A stretch of DNA of 64,000 bases from an uncultured Lachnospiraceae bacterium (GCA_902489925.1 CABUBX010000001.1:22364-86363), one strand, 5' to 3'. Shown: positions 46,313-56,454, counted from the first letter of the stretch. A program made the numbers and translations. The notes: generated by a model not told the origin, from the letters alone.

Positions 46313-47829
46313 AGCTCTCCTCCTGTTCTTCCGAAAAGCTGGCAGGTTTCTTTAAGCTGTCCGGCAAAACCGTCGCTTAACATGTCTGAGGTGTAGCGCC
46401 ATGCCCAGTTTCCGGCAGCCTTTCCAGGTGTGTTCATGCGGGCTGTGCTGTCTAGGCCGAATAAATCCTGAAGCGGGAAGACGGCATATTTGGCTGTGGA
46501 AGCAATTGCGCCACGGATGAAATCCCATGTGACAATGCTGCCGTCACAGTTAAAGTATCGGCGTACCTTGTCACGGATTTTTTCATTAGCCTGTTCAAAC
46601 CAGCCTCTTGTTGTATCGTTATCGTGAGTGCCCGTATAACAGATACAGTTTCTTGTAAAATGGTGCGGCAAAAAGCCGTTTTCTTCAAGGTTTTCAAAAC
46701 CAAACTGTAAAACCTTCATACCCGGAAAACCGAGACTGTCTCTTAATTGTTCTACTTCTTTGGTGATGATTCCCAAATCCTCTGCGAAAATCGGCAAATC
46801 ATTGCCAAGCGCCTTTTTGACGGCCTTAAAAAGTGTTGCGCCGGGACCTTTGACCCACTGTCCGTTGATGGCCGTTTCTTCGCCGTAAGGCACAGACCAG
46901 TAAGCTTCAAAGCCGCGGAAATGGTCGATTCTTAAATAGTCGGTAAGCGCAAGCTGGCGGGCAATTCGTGCAATCCACCATGCGTAGCCCGTTTTTTTAT
47001 GTGCACTCCAAAGATAGAGCGGATTGCCCCAAAGCTGTCCTGTCTCGCTGAAATAATCCGGCGGAACACCCGCCACCTGTTTTGGATAACCTTTAGAGTC
47101 CAGCTCAAACAATGTTTTGTGTGCCCATACATCGGCGCTGTCGGGTGATACAAAAATAGGGATATCACCGATAATCTGAATATTGCTTTCATTGGCATAA
47201 GCTTTTAATTCGAGCCATTGCTTTTCAAAAATAAATTGGACAAATTTATAATAACCGATATCATCGGCGCAGAGCTTTTGAGCTTTATCCTGTGAAGCAG
47301 GGGTTAAAAACTTGTATTCCTCATCCCAGCACAGCCATGAAGCACCGTTGTGAAGATTTTTCAATGCCATAAAAAGGGCATAATCATCGAGCCAGTCGGA
47401 AGCCTTTTGGCAGAAGGACTGATATTCTTTAAGTAAATCGGTGTCTGTACTTTCTTTAAAATATTCATAAGCTGTTTTTAAGAGCGCTGTCTTATATTCA
47501 ATGGCGGGACCGTAGTCAACGGCAGTGTCCTCCCATGCAGGGCAGTCAGCCACATCTTCTTCGGATAAAAGGTTGATTTCGATAAGCTTATCGGGACTGA
47601 TAATCAGAGGCTGACCTGCAAATGAGGAAAAGGACTGATAAGGGGAGTCACCAAAGCCTGTAGGTCCAAGCGGCAGGCACTGCCAGAGTGTCTGTCCGGC
47701 TGCTTTTAGAAAATCAATAAATTCGTATGCACCCGGGCCCATATCACCGATACCGTAGGGTGACGGGAAGGAGGTCGGGTGAACTAAAATTCCGGAATAC
47801 CGGATAAAGTTGTCATTTAATTTTGTCAT
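46309..47829 (-). CDS. malQ: 4-alpha-glucanotransferase (amylomaltase, GH77)
   Basis: SGILVHPTSFPSPYGIGD N-terminus and GH77 catalytic-region motifs (RIDHFRGF, EDLG). GGAGG RBS precedes ATG 47829. Confidence 0.9.
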   Translation of the reverse strand: MTKLNDNFIRYSGILVHPTSFPSPYGIGDMGPGAYEFIDFLKAAGQTLWQCLPLGPTGFGDSPYQSFSSFAGQPLIISPDKLIEINLLSEEDVADCPAWEDTAVDYGPAIEYKTALLKTAYEYFKESTDTDLLKEYQSFCQKASDWLDDYALFMALKNLHNGASWLCWDEEYKFLTPASQDKAQKLCADDIGYYKFVQFIFEKQWLELKAYANESNIQIIGDIPIFVSPDSADVWAHKTLFELDSKGYPKQVAGVPPDYFSETGQLWGNPLYLWSAHKKTGYAWWIARIARQLALTDYLRIDHFRGFEAYWSVPYGEETAINGQWVKGPGATLFKAVKKALGNDLPIFAEDLGIITKEVEQLRDSLGFPGMKVLQFGFENLEENGFLPHHFTRNCICYTGTHDNDTTRGWFEQANEKIRDKVRRYFNCDGSIVTWDFIRGAIASTAKYAVFPLQDLFGLDSTARMNTPGKAAGNWAWRYTSDMLSDGFAGQLKETCQLFGRTGGEL

Positions 47830-47987
47830 AACTAAAACCTCCAAAAAGATATGCAATTATTATAGCACAATAGTGCATACAAGCCTAGCCTTTTTAGATG
47901 ACGAGTTATATGAGCGGACGGGCGTATACACAAAAATCATTGCAGGGCATAGGATGAATAATAAAGTGTATTTGCAGGAGAGACTAT

Positions 47988-48401
47988 ATGAAGCAGACAG
48001 TATATGCCCCGTGGATGAAGGATGAAGCAGGCAGCTGTGACATTAAAAGATATAAGGATGACAGAAAATATATGCAGAGCTTGTATATGCCAATGAGTAA
48101 GGAAATTTTATCTTATGTCAGAGAAGAATGTGATAAGCAGGAGTATGAGGGCAGCTTTATGTTTGACGAATGTCCGGATAAGCAGGCGCTTTGGGCGATG
48201 GCGGATCAAATCAGAAAAAAGGCACATTATCTTGAGAATATGTACCGTCCTGTTCTTGAAGAAGATGAACGGATAAACTGTGAGGGGCACTGCACAAGCT
48301 GCCGGGGGACAGAGCATTGGCTGGATAATCTTATATGGGTCATTATGTGCGAAGAAATATGCTGCCGTCGGCGCAGGTACTTTAGAATCAAGCAGCGCTA
48401 A
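47988..48401 (+). CDS. hypothetical cysteine-rich protein
   Basis: 137-aa ORF with an AGGAGAG RBS. C-terminal CEGHCTSCRG and CEEICCRRRR clusters. No family recognised. Confidence 0.55.
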   Translation: MKQTVYAPWMKDEAGSCDIKRYKDDRKYMQSLYMPMSKEILSYVREECDKQEYEGSFMFDECPDKQALWAMADQIRKKAHYLENMYRPVLEEDERINCEGHCTSCRGTEHWLDNLIWVIMCEEICCRRRRYFRIKQR

Positions 48402-48492
48402 TGAATTTTTGGCATCGGGCGCTGTAAATCAGGTCCGGTGCCGTTATATGCGCCGAAAGTTTTGTATTCATAAACTTTTTGTATGAAATTAC

Positions 48493-48520
48493 TTGACTTT
48501 GCTACCGGCTCATGTATAAT
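48493..48520 (+). promoter_or_regulatory. promoter of the regulator-potABCD operon
   Basis: TTGACT, 16 nt, TATAAT. Flanked by two copies of ATAAACTTTTTGT. Confidence 0.6.
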
Positions 48521-48598
48521 AAGGTTGTTTGCTAAAAATAAACTTTTTGTTTACAGATACTTATCTGTCAGAGCGTGGGCTTTGGGAAAGGAGAATTT

Positions 48599-49132
48599 AT
48601 GCAGATAGGAGAGAAGATAAAGCAGCTGCGTGTGAAAAATCAGCTGACACTAGAGGAGTTGGCCAACAGAAGTGAGCTGACAAAAGGATTTTTGTCGCAG
48701 GTCGAAAGAAATCTGACATCACCTTCGATTGCAACGCTGGAGGACATTCTCGAGGCGCTCGGAACAACGCTTGGAGAGTTTTTTTCAGAAGAAAAGGATG
48801 AACAGCTTGTATTTACAGCCAATGACTTTTTTGAAAATTTTCAGGATGACTATAATATTTACTATGTTGTGCCAAATGCACAGAAGAATAAGATGGAGCC
48901 GATTCTTATTCAGTTAAAGCGGGGCGGACGTTCCGAGGAAATCCGGCCGAATGAAGGGGAGGAGTTCGGTTATGTGCTTCAGGGACGAATCAAGCTTCAT
49001 TACGGTGATAAAGAGCTTATTGTTAAGCGGGGACAGACCTTTTACATTAAAGGGGACAGGGCACATTATTTATCAAATGACTGGGATATTGAAGCCCGTG
49101 TGCTGTGGGTATCCACACCGCCGACATTTTAA
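48599..49132 (+). CDS. XRE-family HTH regulator with cupin domain (PuuR-like)
   Basis: HTH segment LTLEELANRSELTKGFLSQVERN with a C-terminal cupin domain. AAAGGAGA RBS precedes ATG 48599. Confidence 0.8.
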   Translation: MQIGEKIKQLRVKNQLTLEELANRSELTKGFLSQVERNLTSPSIATLEDILEALGTTLGEFFSEEKDEQLVFTANDFFENFQDDYNIYYVVPNAQKNKMEPILIQLKRGGRSEEIRPNEGEEFGYVLQGRIKLHYGDKELIVKRGQTFYIKGDRAHYLSNDWDIEARVLWVSTPPTF

Positions 49133-49153
49133 TTACAGGGATGGGAGAGGACA

Positions 49154-50197
49154 ATGAAGAAGTTAATTGAGTTAAAGAACCTGACGAAAAATTTTGAAGA
49201 CCAGCAGGTTTTAAGGGGCATCAATTTAGATATTTATGAGAATGAATTTTTGACGCTTTTAGGGCCCTCCGGCTGCGGAAAGACAACGACATTGAGAATT
49301 ATTGCCGGATTTGAGGAGGCAAGCTCGGGCGAAGTGCTTTTTAACGGGCATGATATATCCAAATTGCCGCCATATAAGCGGGAGGTCAATACAGTGTTCC
49401 AAAAATATGCACTTTTTCCGCATATGAATGTATTTGACAACATTGCCTTTGGATTGAATATTAAAAAAACCGATAAAAAGATTGTTAAAGAAAAAGTCAT
49501 GCGGATGCTTAAAATGGTTGGCTTAACAGGCTATGAAAAGAAGAACGTAACCTTGCTTTCCGGCGGTCAGCAGCAGAGGGTAGCCATTGCCCGCGCCCTT
49601 GTCAATGAGCCGAAGGTACTCCTTTTAGATGAGCCTTTAGGCGCACTTGACGCAAAGATGCGTAAGGAGATGCAGAGCGAGCTTAAAAAAATTCAAAAGG
49701 AAACGGGAATTACGTTTATATTTGTTACCCATGACCAGGAGGAAGCATTGTCGATGTCAGATACGATTGTTGTTATGAATGACGGTGTGATTCAGCAGAT
49801 TGGTACGCCGATTGACATTTATAATGAACCTGAGAATCGTTTTGTCGCGTCCTTCATCGGCGAATCTAATATTATTGAGGGAACGATGATTAAGGATTTC
49901 CTTGTAGAATTTGACGGTGTCGAGTTTGAATGTGTGGATAAAGGTTTTGAGGATAACGAGCCGATAGAGGTGGTGCTTCGTCCGGAGGATTTGGATATTG
50001 TAAAACCGGAGGAGGCAAAGATTACAGGAACAGTTAAATCGGTGACATTTAAAGGTGTCCACTATGAAATTATTGTTGAGACAAAGGACAGAGATTATCT
50101 TGTGCATACAACAGATTATGCAGCGCCGGGGCTTTTTGTCGGACTTAAACTCGGCCCGGAGGATATTCATGTCATGTATAGGATGGGGAGTTACTGA
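49154..50197 (+). CDS. potA: spermidine/putrescine ABC transporter ATP-binding protein
   Basis: Walker [10 protein letters not shown], signature LSGGQQQR, Walker B LLLDEPL, and a C-terminal TOBE-like domain. Confidence 0.9.
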   Translation: MKKLIELKNLTKNFEDQQVLRGINLDIYENEFLTLLGPSGCGKTTTLRIIAGFEEASSGEVLFNGHDISKLPPYKREVNTVFQKYALFPHMNVFDNIAFGLNIKKTDKKIVKEKVMRMLKMVGLTGYEKKNVTLLSGGQQQRVAIARALVNEPKVLLLDEPLGALDAKMRKEMQSELKKIQKETGITFIFVTHDQEEALSMSDTIVVMNDGVIQQIGTPIDIYNEPENRFVASFIGESNIIEGTMIKDFLVEFDGVEFECVDKGFEDNEPIEVVLRPEDLDIVKPEEAKITGTVKSVTFKGVHYEIIVETKDRDYLVHTTDYAAPGLFVGLKLGPEDIHVMYRMGSY

Positions 50198-51018
50198 TGA
50201 AGCATTTTAAACATTTTACAAAACCGTATATCCTTTGGTCGGCTGTGATGATTGTTATTCCGATGCTGATGATTGTGCTTTATGCGTTTACGACAAAGGG
50301 CAATGATGTGGCATCGTGGAAGTTTTCTCTTGAAAACTTTGCCCGTTTTGTAGAGCCGACATATTTAAGTGTTTTCTTAAAATCATTAAAGCTTGGTGTG
50401 ATTTCCACAGGTGTCTGTCTGATTGCCGGATATCCGATGGCTTATATTCTTTCAAAATGTACTGATAAGGTTCAGGATTTGCTGATTCTTGCGGTGACAG
50501 TACCGATGTGGTTCAATATGCTTTTAAGAACCTATGCGTGGATGAATATTTTATCGGACAATGGCATTGTTAATGGTATATTAAAGGCGCTGGGCTTTAA
50601 TCCGGTAACGATGATGTACACAGATTTTTCGGTGATTTTGGGACTTGTATGCAACTTTCTGCCGTTTATGATTATACCGATTCACACATCATTAAATAAG
50701 ATGGACAAGTCACTCATAGAAGCTGCCTATGACCTTGGCGCCAATAAACTGCAAACCTTTGGAAAGGTTATATGGAAGCTTTCGATACCGGGTGTTTTAA
50801 ACGGAATTATCATGGTATTTTTAATGTCCATATCCTCATTTGTGATTCCGAAGCTGCTTGGCGGCGGTCAATATGTACTTATCGGCAACTTGATTGAGAG
50901 TCAGTTTGTGACAATCGGCGACTGGAATTTCGGAAGTGCGATTTCGATGATTCTTGCAGTGATTATTATCGGCGGTATGCGTCTTATGAAAAAAATTGAT
51001 ATTAAGGAGGAAGCTTAA
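50197..51018 (+). CDS. potB: spermidine/putrescine ABC transporter permease
   Basis: Six TM segments, with the EAA-loop region IEAAYDLGANKLQTF. Confidence 0.85.
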   Translation: MKHFKHFTKPYILWSAVMIVIPMLMIVLYAFTTKGNDVASWKFSLENFARFVEPTYLSVFLKSLKLGVISTGVCLIAGYPMAYILSKCTDKVQDLLILAVTVPMWFNMLLRTYAWMNILSDNGIVNGILKALGFNPVTMMYTDFSVILGLVCNFLPFMIIPIHTSLNKMDKSLIEAAYDLGANKLQTFGKVIWKLSIPGVLNGIIMVFLMSISSFVIPKLLGGGQYVLIGNLIESQFVTIGDWNFGSAISMILAVIIIGGMRLMKKIDIKEEA

Positions 51019-51019
51019 A

Positions 51020-51823
51020 ATGCAGGGATTTAAAAAATTTATTTCTCGATTTTATGTGGCCTTATGTTTTTTGTTTTTCTATCTTCCGATTGTGGTGATG
51101 ATGGTTTTCTCCTTTAATTCATCAAAATCGCTGTCAAACTTTACAGGCTTTTCTTTGCAGTGGTATGGCGCTTTGATGGAGAATCAAGAGATTATGTCGG
51201 CAGTTTTTGTGTCTGTGACGATTGCGTTGATTGCGACGGTTGTTTCCACAATTCTCGGAACAATTACGGCGATTGGCCTGAGCAAATCCCGAAAGTTCCT
51301 CAAGGAATATTTGTTGAATGTGAATAATTTCCCGATTTTAAATCCGGAAATCGTGACAGCTATCGGCGTGATGCTTTTGTTTACTTCGCTGACTGTGCCA
51401 AAGGGTTATGTGACGATGCTTCTTGCACATATTATGTTTTGTACGCCATATGTCATTACAAGTGTTTACCCTAAGGTTAAAAGCCTTGATTCAAATCTTG
51501 CCAATGCGGCGATGGATTTGGGTGCAACACCGTTTCAGGCGTTAATTAAGGTCATTATTCCGATGATTCGTCAGGGTGTCTATGCCGGTGCGCTTCTGGC
51601 GTTTACGATGTCCTTTGATGATTTTGTCATTTCCTATTTTGTTACGGGAAACGGTGTCAAGAATATTTCTATTATTGTATACAATATGTCCAAGCGCATG
51701 AACCCGACGATTAACGCCCTGTCAACGCTTGTAATCGCGGTAATCGCAGTTGTTGTGCTTGTTGTGAATGTGATTCCGGCAATCCGAAAAAGTAAATTAA
51801 AGAAGTTAAAGGAAGAAGCGTAA
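51020..51823 (+). CDS. potC: spermidine/putrescine ABC transporter permease
   Basis: EAA-loop region ANAAMDLGATPFQAL. AAGGAGGAAG RBS precedes ATG 51020. Confidence 0.85.
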   Translation: MQGFKKFISRFYVALCFLFFYLPIVVMMVFSFNSSKSLSNFTGFSLQWYGALMENQEIMSAVFVSVTIALIATVVSTILGTITAIGLSKSRKFLKEYLLNVNNFPILNPEIVTAIGVMLLFTSLTVPKGYVTMLLAHIMFCTPYVITSVYPKVKSLDSNLANAAMDLGATPFQALIKVIIPMIRQGVYAGALLAFTMSFDDFVISYFVTGNGVKNISIIVYNMSKRMNPTINALSTLVIAVIAVVVLVVNVIPAIRKSKLKKLKEEA

Positions 51824-51826
51824 AAG

Positions 51827-52864
51827 ATGAAGAAGTTAATTACGGCCGGTTTGGTGCTTTTGGCGGCAGGGCTTCTTAGCGGCTGCGCAGGTTCTAAGCC
51901 AAAATTAAAAATATATAATGCGGGTGAATATATAGACCAGGATTTATTGCAGGAATTTAAGAAAAAATATGACTGTAAGATTATTTACGAAACTTTTGAA
52001 TCCAATGAGATGATGTACACGAAAATTAACAGCGGGGAATTTTATGATGTATTAATACCGTCGGATTATATGATTGAACGTCTGATTCGTGAGGACGGTC
52101 TAAAGCCTATTGACTGGGACAGAATTTCCAATAAGGATAATCTGATGCCGTCGGTGCTCAATCGGGAGTATGACCCGGGCAATGTCTATTCCATTCCGTA
52201 TTTTTGGGGCAATGTCGGTATTCTTTATGATGCGACTGTCGTGGATGAGGCTGATTTTAAGGATGGGTGGAATATTCTTTGCAATGAAAAATACAAAGGC
52301 AATTTATATATGTATGATTCGGAGAGGGATTCTTTCATGGTTGCTCTAAAGGCGCTTGGCTATTCAATGAATACAACGGATGCCAAGGAGATTGAGGTAG
52401 CCTATGAGTGGCTTGTCCGTCAGAAGGAGACGATGAATCCGGTGTACGGCGGCGATGAGATTATGGACAATATGCTTGCCGGAAACCGTGCCATGGCGGT
52501 GATTTATTCCGGTGACGCGGCATATCTGATGACTGAAAATCCAAAGCTTAAATTCTATGTTCCCGATGAGGGCACAAACCTTTGGTACGATGCGATGGTT
52601 ATTTCTAAGGAATGTCAAAATGATGATTTGGCCTATGCCTTTATTGATTTTATGCTCGAGGAAGGTCATGCGACAGCAAATACGGCGGAAGTTGGTTATA
52701 CATCCCCGGTTCAGGCGGCTTATGATGAAATGCGGGTGACGGATTATGAGGGGATTTCAGCGTATGAGCCCCGCGAGAATTCAAATGATGAGGTTTTCCA
52801 TTATCAGGCGCCGGAGGTTAAAGCCTTATTTTCGGATTTGTGGACAAAGGCTAAATCGAAATAA
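51827..52864 (+). CDS. potD: spermidine/putrescine ABC transporter substrate-binding lipoprotein
   Basis: Lipobox LSGCAG. PotD-like sequence of about 345 aa. Confidence 0.85.
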   Translation: MKKLITAGLVLLAAGLLSGCAGSKPKLKIYNAGEYIDQDLLQEFKKKYDCKIIYETFESNEMMYTKINSGEFYDVLIPSDYMIERLIREDGLKPIDWDRISNKDNLMPSVLNREYDPGNVYSIPYFWGNVGILYDATVVDEADFKDGWNILCNEKYKGNLYMYDSERDSFMVALKALGYSMNTTDAKEIEVAYEWLVRQKETMNPVYGGDEIMDNMLAGNRAMAVIYSGDAAYLMTENPKLKFYVPDEGTNLWYDAMVISKECQNDDLAYAFIDFMLEEGHATANTAEVGYTSPVQAAYDEMRVTDYEGISAYEPRENSNDEVFHYQAPEVKALFSDLWTKAKSK

Positions 52865-53034
52865 GTATTGCTTATAAAAATGTTGATATAATTTAATATA
52901 TCTAATTAATGCCAATGCGTTGACAAATATTTTAAAATGCGATAGGCTAACTTTATAGAAACAGGTACGGTGCGCACAAGCGTTAAATTGCGGTCGCCGC
53001 CGGGGAAACTCTATTGGAAAAAAGGAGAATGATT

Positions 53035-53748
53035 ATGAAGATGGTTTCAATCGCAGAGGAATTGGCATCAAACACATATCCGGGCAGAGGCATTATTATC
53101 GGTAAGACACCTGACGGAAAGTCAGCGGTTACAGCATATTTTATTATGGGAAGAAGCGAAAACAGCCGCAACCGCGTATTTGTGGAGGTCGGTGAAGGTA
53201 TCCGCACGGAGGCTTTCGATGCATCTAAATTAGTTGACCCAAGCCTTATTATTTATGCGCCGGTGCGTGTGCTTGGCAATAAGACGATTGTAACAAACGG
53301 CGACCAGACAGATACAATTTATGAGCTGATGGATAAGCAGCAGACATTTGAGCAGGCGCTCAGAACAAGAGAATTTGAGCCGGATGCGCCGAATTATACA
53401 CCGCGTATTTCCGGAATTATGCATATTGACAAAGGCAGTTATAATTATGCGATGTCAATTTTAAAGAGCAATAACGGCAATCCGGATGCATGCAACAGAT
53501 ATACATTTGCATATACAAATCCTGTGGCCGGAGAAGGTCATTTTATTCATACGTATATGGGTGACGGCAATCCGCTGCCAAGCTTTGAGGGTGAGCCGAA
53601 GCTTGTGGATATTGCGGATGATATTGATGCGTATACAAACCTTTTGTGGACAAGCTTAAACGAGGACAATAAAGTATCTTTATTTGTGCGTTATATTGAT
53701 ATCGAAACAGGTAAATATGAGACAAGAATCGTAAATAAGAATAAGTAA
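53035..53748 (+). CDS. IMP cyclohydrolase, PurO-like family
   Basis: YPGRGIIIGKTPDGK...YFIMGRSENSRNR is typical of the archaeal-type IMP cyclohydrolase fold. AAGGAG RBS precedes ATG 53035. Lies directly upstream of the AICARFT gene. Confidence 0.75.
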   Translation: MKMVSIAEELASNTYPGRGIIIGKTPDGKSAVTAYFIMGRSENSRNRVFVEVGEGIRTEAFDASKLVDPSLIIYAPVRVLGNKTIVTNGDQTDTIYELMDKQQTFEQALRTREFEPDAPNYTPRISGIMHIDKGSYNYAMSILKSNNGNPDACNRYTFAYTNPVAGEGHFIHTYMGDGNPLPSFEGEPKLVDIADDIDAYTNLLWTSLNEDNKVSLFVRYIDIETGKYETRIVNKNK

Positions 53749-53763
53749 TCAGGAGGTTTTGGG

Positions 53764-54942
53764 ATGAAGGAATTTGAATTAAAATACGGATGCAACCCGA
53801 ATCAGAAACCGTCACGTATTTATATGAATGACGGCAGTGAGCTGCCAATCACAGTATTAAACGGCAGACCGGGATATATTAACTTTTTGGATGCTTTTAA
53901 CGGCTGGCAGCTTGTATGTGAATTAAAGAGAGCAACAGGACTTCCTGCGGCAACCTCCTTTAAGCATGTATCTCCGGCAGGCGCGGCAGTGGGAGTTCCG
54001 CTTACAGAGGTTGAGCGTAAAATTTACTGGGTCGATGATATGGGTGAATTAACACCGCTTGCAAATGCCTATGCGAGAGCAAGAGGCGCAGACCGTATGT
54101 CCTCCTTTGGTGATTTTATTTCATTATCCGATGTTTGTGATGTGGCTACGGCAAAGCTTGTTAAAAGAGAAGTTTCTGACGGCATTATTGCGCCGGGTTA
54201 TGAGCCGGAAGCGCTTGAGATTTTGAAAGCGAAGAAAAAAGGTAATTATAATATTATTCAGATTGATGAAAATTACCGTCCGAATCCAATCGAGCATAAA
54301 GAGGTATTCGGCATTACATTTGAGCAGGGCAGAAACGAGCTTGTAATTAATCGCGAGCTTCTCTCAAATATGGTGACGGAGAATAAAGAAATTCCTGACA
54401 GCGCAAAGATTGACTTGATGATTTCACTTATTACTTTAAAATATACACAGTCTAATTCTGTATGCTATGCAAAGGGCGGACAGGCGATTGGTATCGGCGC
54501 CGGACAGCAGTCCAGAATCCACTGTACACGTCTTGCGGGACAGAAGGCGGATAACTGGTTCCTGCGTCAGAATCCGAAAGTGCTTGAGCTTCAGTTTGTA
54601 GATAAAATCGGCCGTGCAGACAGAGATAATGCGATTGACCTTTACATCGGGGAAGACTATATGGATGTTCTTGCCGACGGTGCATGGGAAAATATTTTCA
54701 AGGTAAAACCGGAGGTATTTACACGCGAAGAAAAGCGGGCATGGCTTGACAAGATGCAGGATGTAGCGCTTGGCTCAGATGCATTCTTCCCATTTGGCGA
54801 TAATATTGAACGCGCGCACAGAAGCGGTGTCAAATATGTGGCACAGCCGGGTGGCTCAATCAGAGATGACAATGTTATTGAGACATGCAATAAGTACGAT
54901 ATGGCAATGTGCTTTACAGGCATCAGATTGTTCCATCATTAA
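53764..54942 (+). CDS. purH: phosphoribosylaminoimidazolecarboxamide formyltransferase (AICARFT domain only)
   Basis: LKYGCNPNQ, FKHVSPAGAAVG and GAGQQSRIH motifs of the PurH C-terminal domain. The MGS-like IMPCH domain is absent. Confidence 0.85.
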   Translation: MKEFELKYGCNPNQKPSRIYMNDGSELPITVLNGRPGYINFLDAFNGWQLVCELKRATGLPAATSFKHVSPAGAAVGVPLTEVERKIYWVDDMGELTPLANAYARARGADRMSSFGDFISLSDVCDVATAKLVKREVSDGIIAPGYEPEALEILKAKKKGNYNIIQIDENYRPNPIEHKEVFGITFEQGRNELVINRELLSNMVTENKEIPDSAKIDLMISLITLKYTQSNSVCYAKGGQAIGIGAGQQSRIHCTRLAGQKADNWFLRQNPKVLELQFVDKIGRADRDNAIDLYIGEDYMDVLADGAWENIFKVKPEVFTREEKRAWLDKMQDVALGSDAFFPFGDNIERAHRSGVKYVAQPGGSIRDDNVIETCNKYDMAMCFTGIRLFHH

Positions 54943-54960
54943 TTGAAAATTGTAATGTGA

Positions 54961-55003
54961 ATGCCCTGTTGTTGGATGTTTTGTCTGATAGCAGGGTATT
55001 TTT
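54961..55003 (+). terminator. purH terminator
   Basis: ATGCCCTG-N23-CAGGGTAT stem (one G-U pair) followed by TTTTT. Confidence 0.5.
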
Positions 55004-55088
55004 ATATTGACATTGCCAAAGATAAGTGAGAATATACTGATAACATTAGTTGGCGTTTATGGATAGACGCGGTCAGGAGGACAAAGAT

Positions 55089-55427
55089 ATGAAGATGATT
55101 ATGGCAATCCTGCACAGGGATGATGAGATGGATACGGTCGATGAATTAACTCAGAACAGATTTTTTGTGACAAAGCTTTCAACGACCGGCGGATTTTTGA
55201 AAAATAAAAATACGACAATTATGATTGTGACTGATGATGAGGATGTCGATAAGGCGATTGAGATTATTAAAAGAAATTCCGGTGAGCGAAAAACAGTCAG
55301 CTATACAAATCCGGGACTTGTTTCAGGAAAGGGCGCAATAAGCTCTGTCAATTCAGTGCCGATTAATGTCAATGTGGGCGGAAGCACAGTGTTTGTCGTG
55401 AATGTTGAGCAGTTTAAGAAATTCTGA
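55089..55427 (+). CDS. YaaQ-family (DUF970) PII-like cyclic-di-AMP receptor
   Basis: VTKLSTTGGFLKNKNTTIMI...VGGSTVFVVNVEQF closely parallels B. subtilis YaaQ. GGAGGA RBS precedes ATG 55089. Confidence 0.75.
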   Translation: MKMIMAILHRDDEMDTVDELTQNRFFVTKLSTTGGFLKNKNTTIMIVTDDEDVDKAIEIIKRNSGERKTVSYTNPGLVSGKGAISSVNSVPINVNVGGSTVFVVNVEQFKKF

Positions 55428-55434
55428 TAAAAGT

Positions 55435-55478
55435 AAAAAATCTCTTGAAGACCATATAAGTCTCCAAGAGATTTTTTT
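55435..55478. terminator. bidirectional terminator
   Basis: AATCTCTTGAAGAC-N7-GTCTCCAAGAGATT stem flanked by an A-run and a T-run. Confidence 0.75.
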
Positions 55479-56454
55479 ACTTTAATGCCCGCGCGATAAA
55501 TGTGCGGACAAGTGCTTCGTATTTTGAAGGGTTTACATAATAACTTCTGGCGTGGGTAGCCTTTGGTGCTACCCAAAGCATTTTTTTTGATGTGCAGGCA
55601 TTATAAAGTGCATAAACCATGGCAGTCGGCACAAAGTCATCGCTGCCGCCGTGGATGAAAAGAATCGGTACTTTTGCGTGTGCAACTTCTTCAATCGGAC
55701 TGAAATCCTTTGTACTGTAGCCGGCTCTTTTTTTGCAGATTAAATCAAAAATATTCAGCAGAGGAAATGCCGGAAGATGAAAGCTTGATTTTAAAACGTG
55801 GGCAAATTCATCCCAGCCGCGGGAAAAACCGCAGTCGGCAATAATCCCTTTAACCTGAGGCGGCAGTGCCTCGTCACCCGAGGCGGACATGACAGTGGCA
55901 GCACCCATCGAGATACCGTGTAAAAAGATGCGGCAGTCCTCACCGTAATTTTCGATAATGTAATTGCACCACCTCAGACAGTCTTTTCTGTCGAGGCAGC
56001 CAAAACCGATATAGTCACCCTCGCTGAGACCGTGGGCGCGGTCATCAGGAAGGAGTATGTTGTAGCCTTCCCGGTGATAAAATGGAGTAAATACGGCATA
56101 TTCATCAATGCCATTGCACCGGTATCCGTGAATGGCTAAAATAAAGTCCTTTGTCTTTTTCTTTGCCGGGAGATAGGAAGCGTGAAGCAAAAGTCCGTCA
56201 TCGGATGTTGTCTTTAGATGACGGATATGATGCCGAGTAAACCAGCGTTTACGGTTTTCGGCAAATTTTCTTTCGGCTTTTTCTCTTTCACTCAAGTCAT
56301 CAAAAGGTTTTTGACTGTCTTTATAGAGCGTGTTGGCACGCACAAGTGCATAATTAAAAAAATAATCGGCAGTTTTATAGAGCATACTGATGACTGTTCC
56401 TGAAACTGCGGTCAGTGCAGAAGTGAAAATTGCAATTTTTGTCTGTTTTTTCAT
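55477..56454 (-). CDS. alpha/beta hydrolase with N-terminal membrane anchor
   Basis: GISMG nucleophile elbow (GxSxG). About 325 aa. N-terminal TM segment. Confidence 0.75.
   Translation of the reverse strand: MKKQTKIAIFTSALTAVSGTVISMLYKTADYFFNYALVRANTLYKDSQKPFDDLSEREKAERKFAENRKRWFTRHHIRHLKTTSDDGLLLHASYLPAKKKTKDFILAIHGYRCNGIDEYAVFTPFYHREGYNILLPDDRAHGLSEGDYIGFGCLDRKDCLRWCNYIIENYGEDCRIFLHGISMGAATVMSASGDEALPPQVKGIIADCGFSRGWDEFAHVLKSSFHLPAFPLLNIFDLICKKRAGYSTKDFSPIEEVAHAKVPILFIHGGSDDFVPTAMVYALYNACTSKKMLWVAPKATHARSYYVNPSKYEALVRTFIARALK

Noticed and set aside
52865-53034. ZTP (pfl) riboswitch upstream of the purO-like/purH pair
   Set aside because: The GACUGGCG / CCGGG 5' subdomain is absent. Only a partial resemblance to the 3' CCGCCUGGGC element was seen, which is insufficient for a call.
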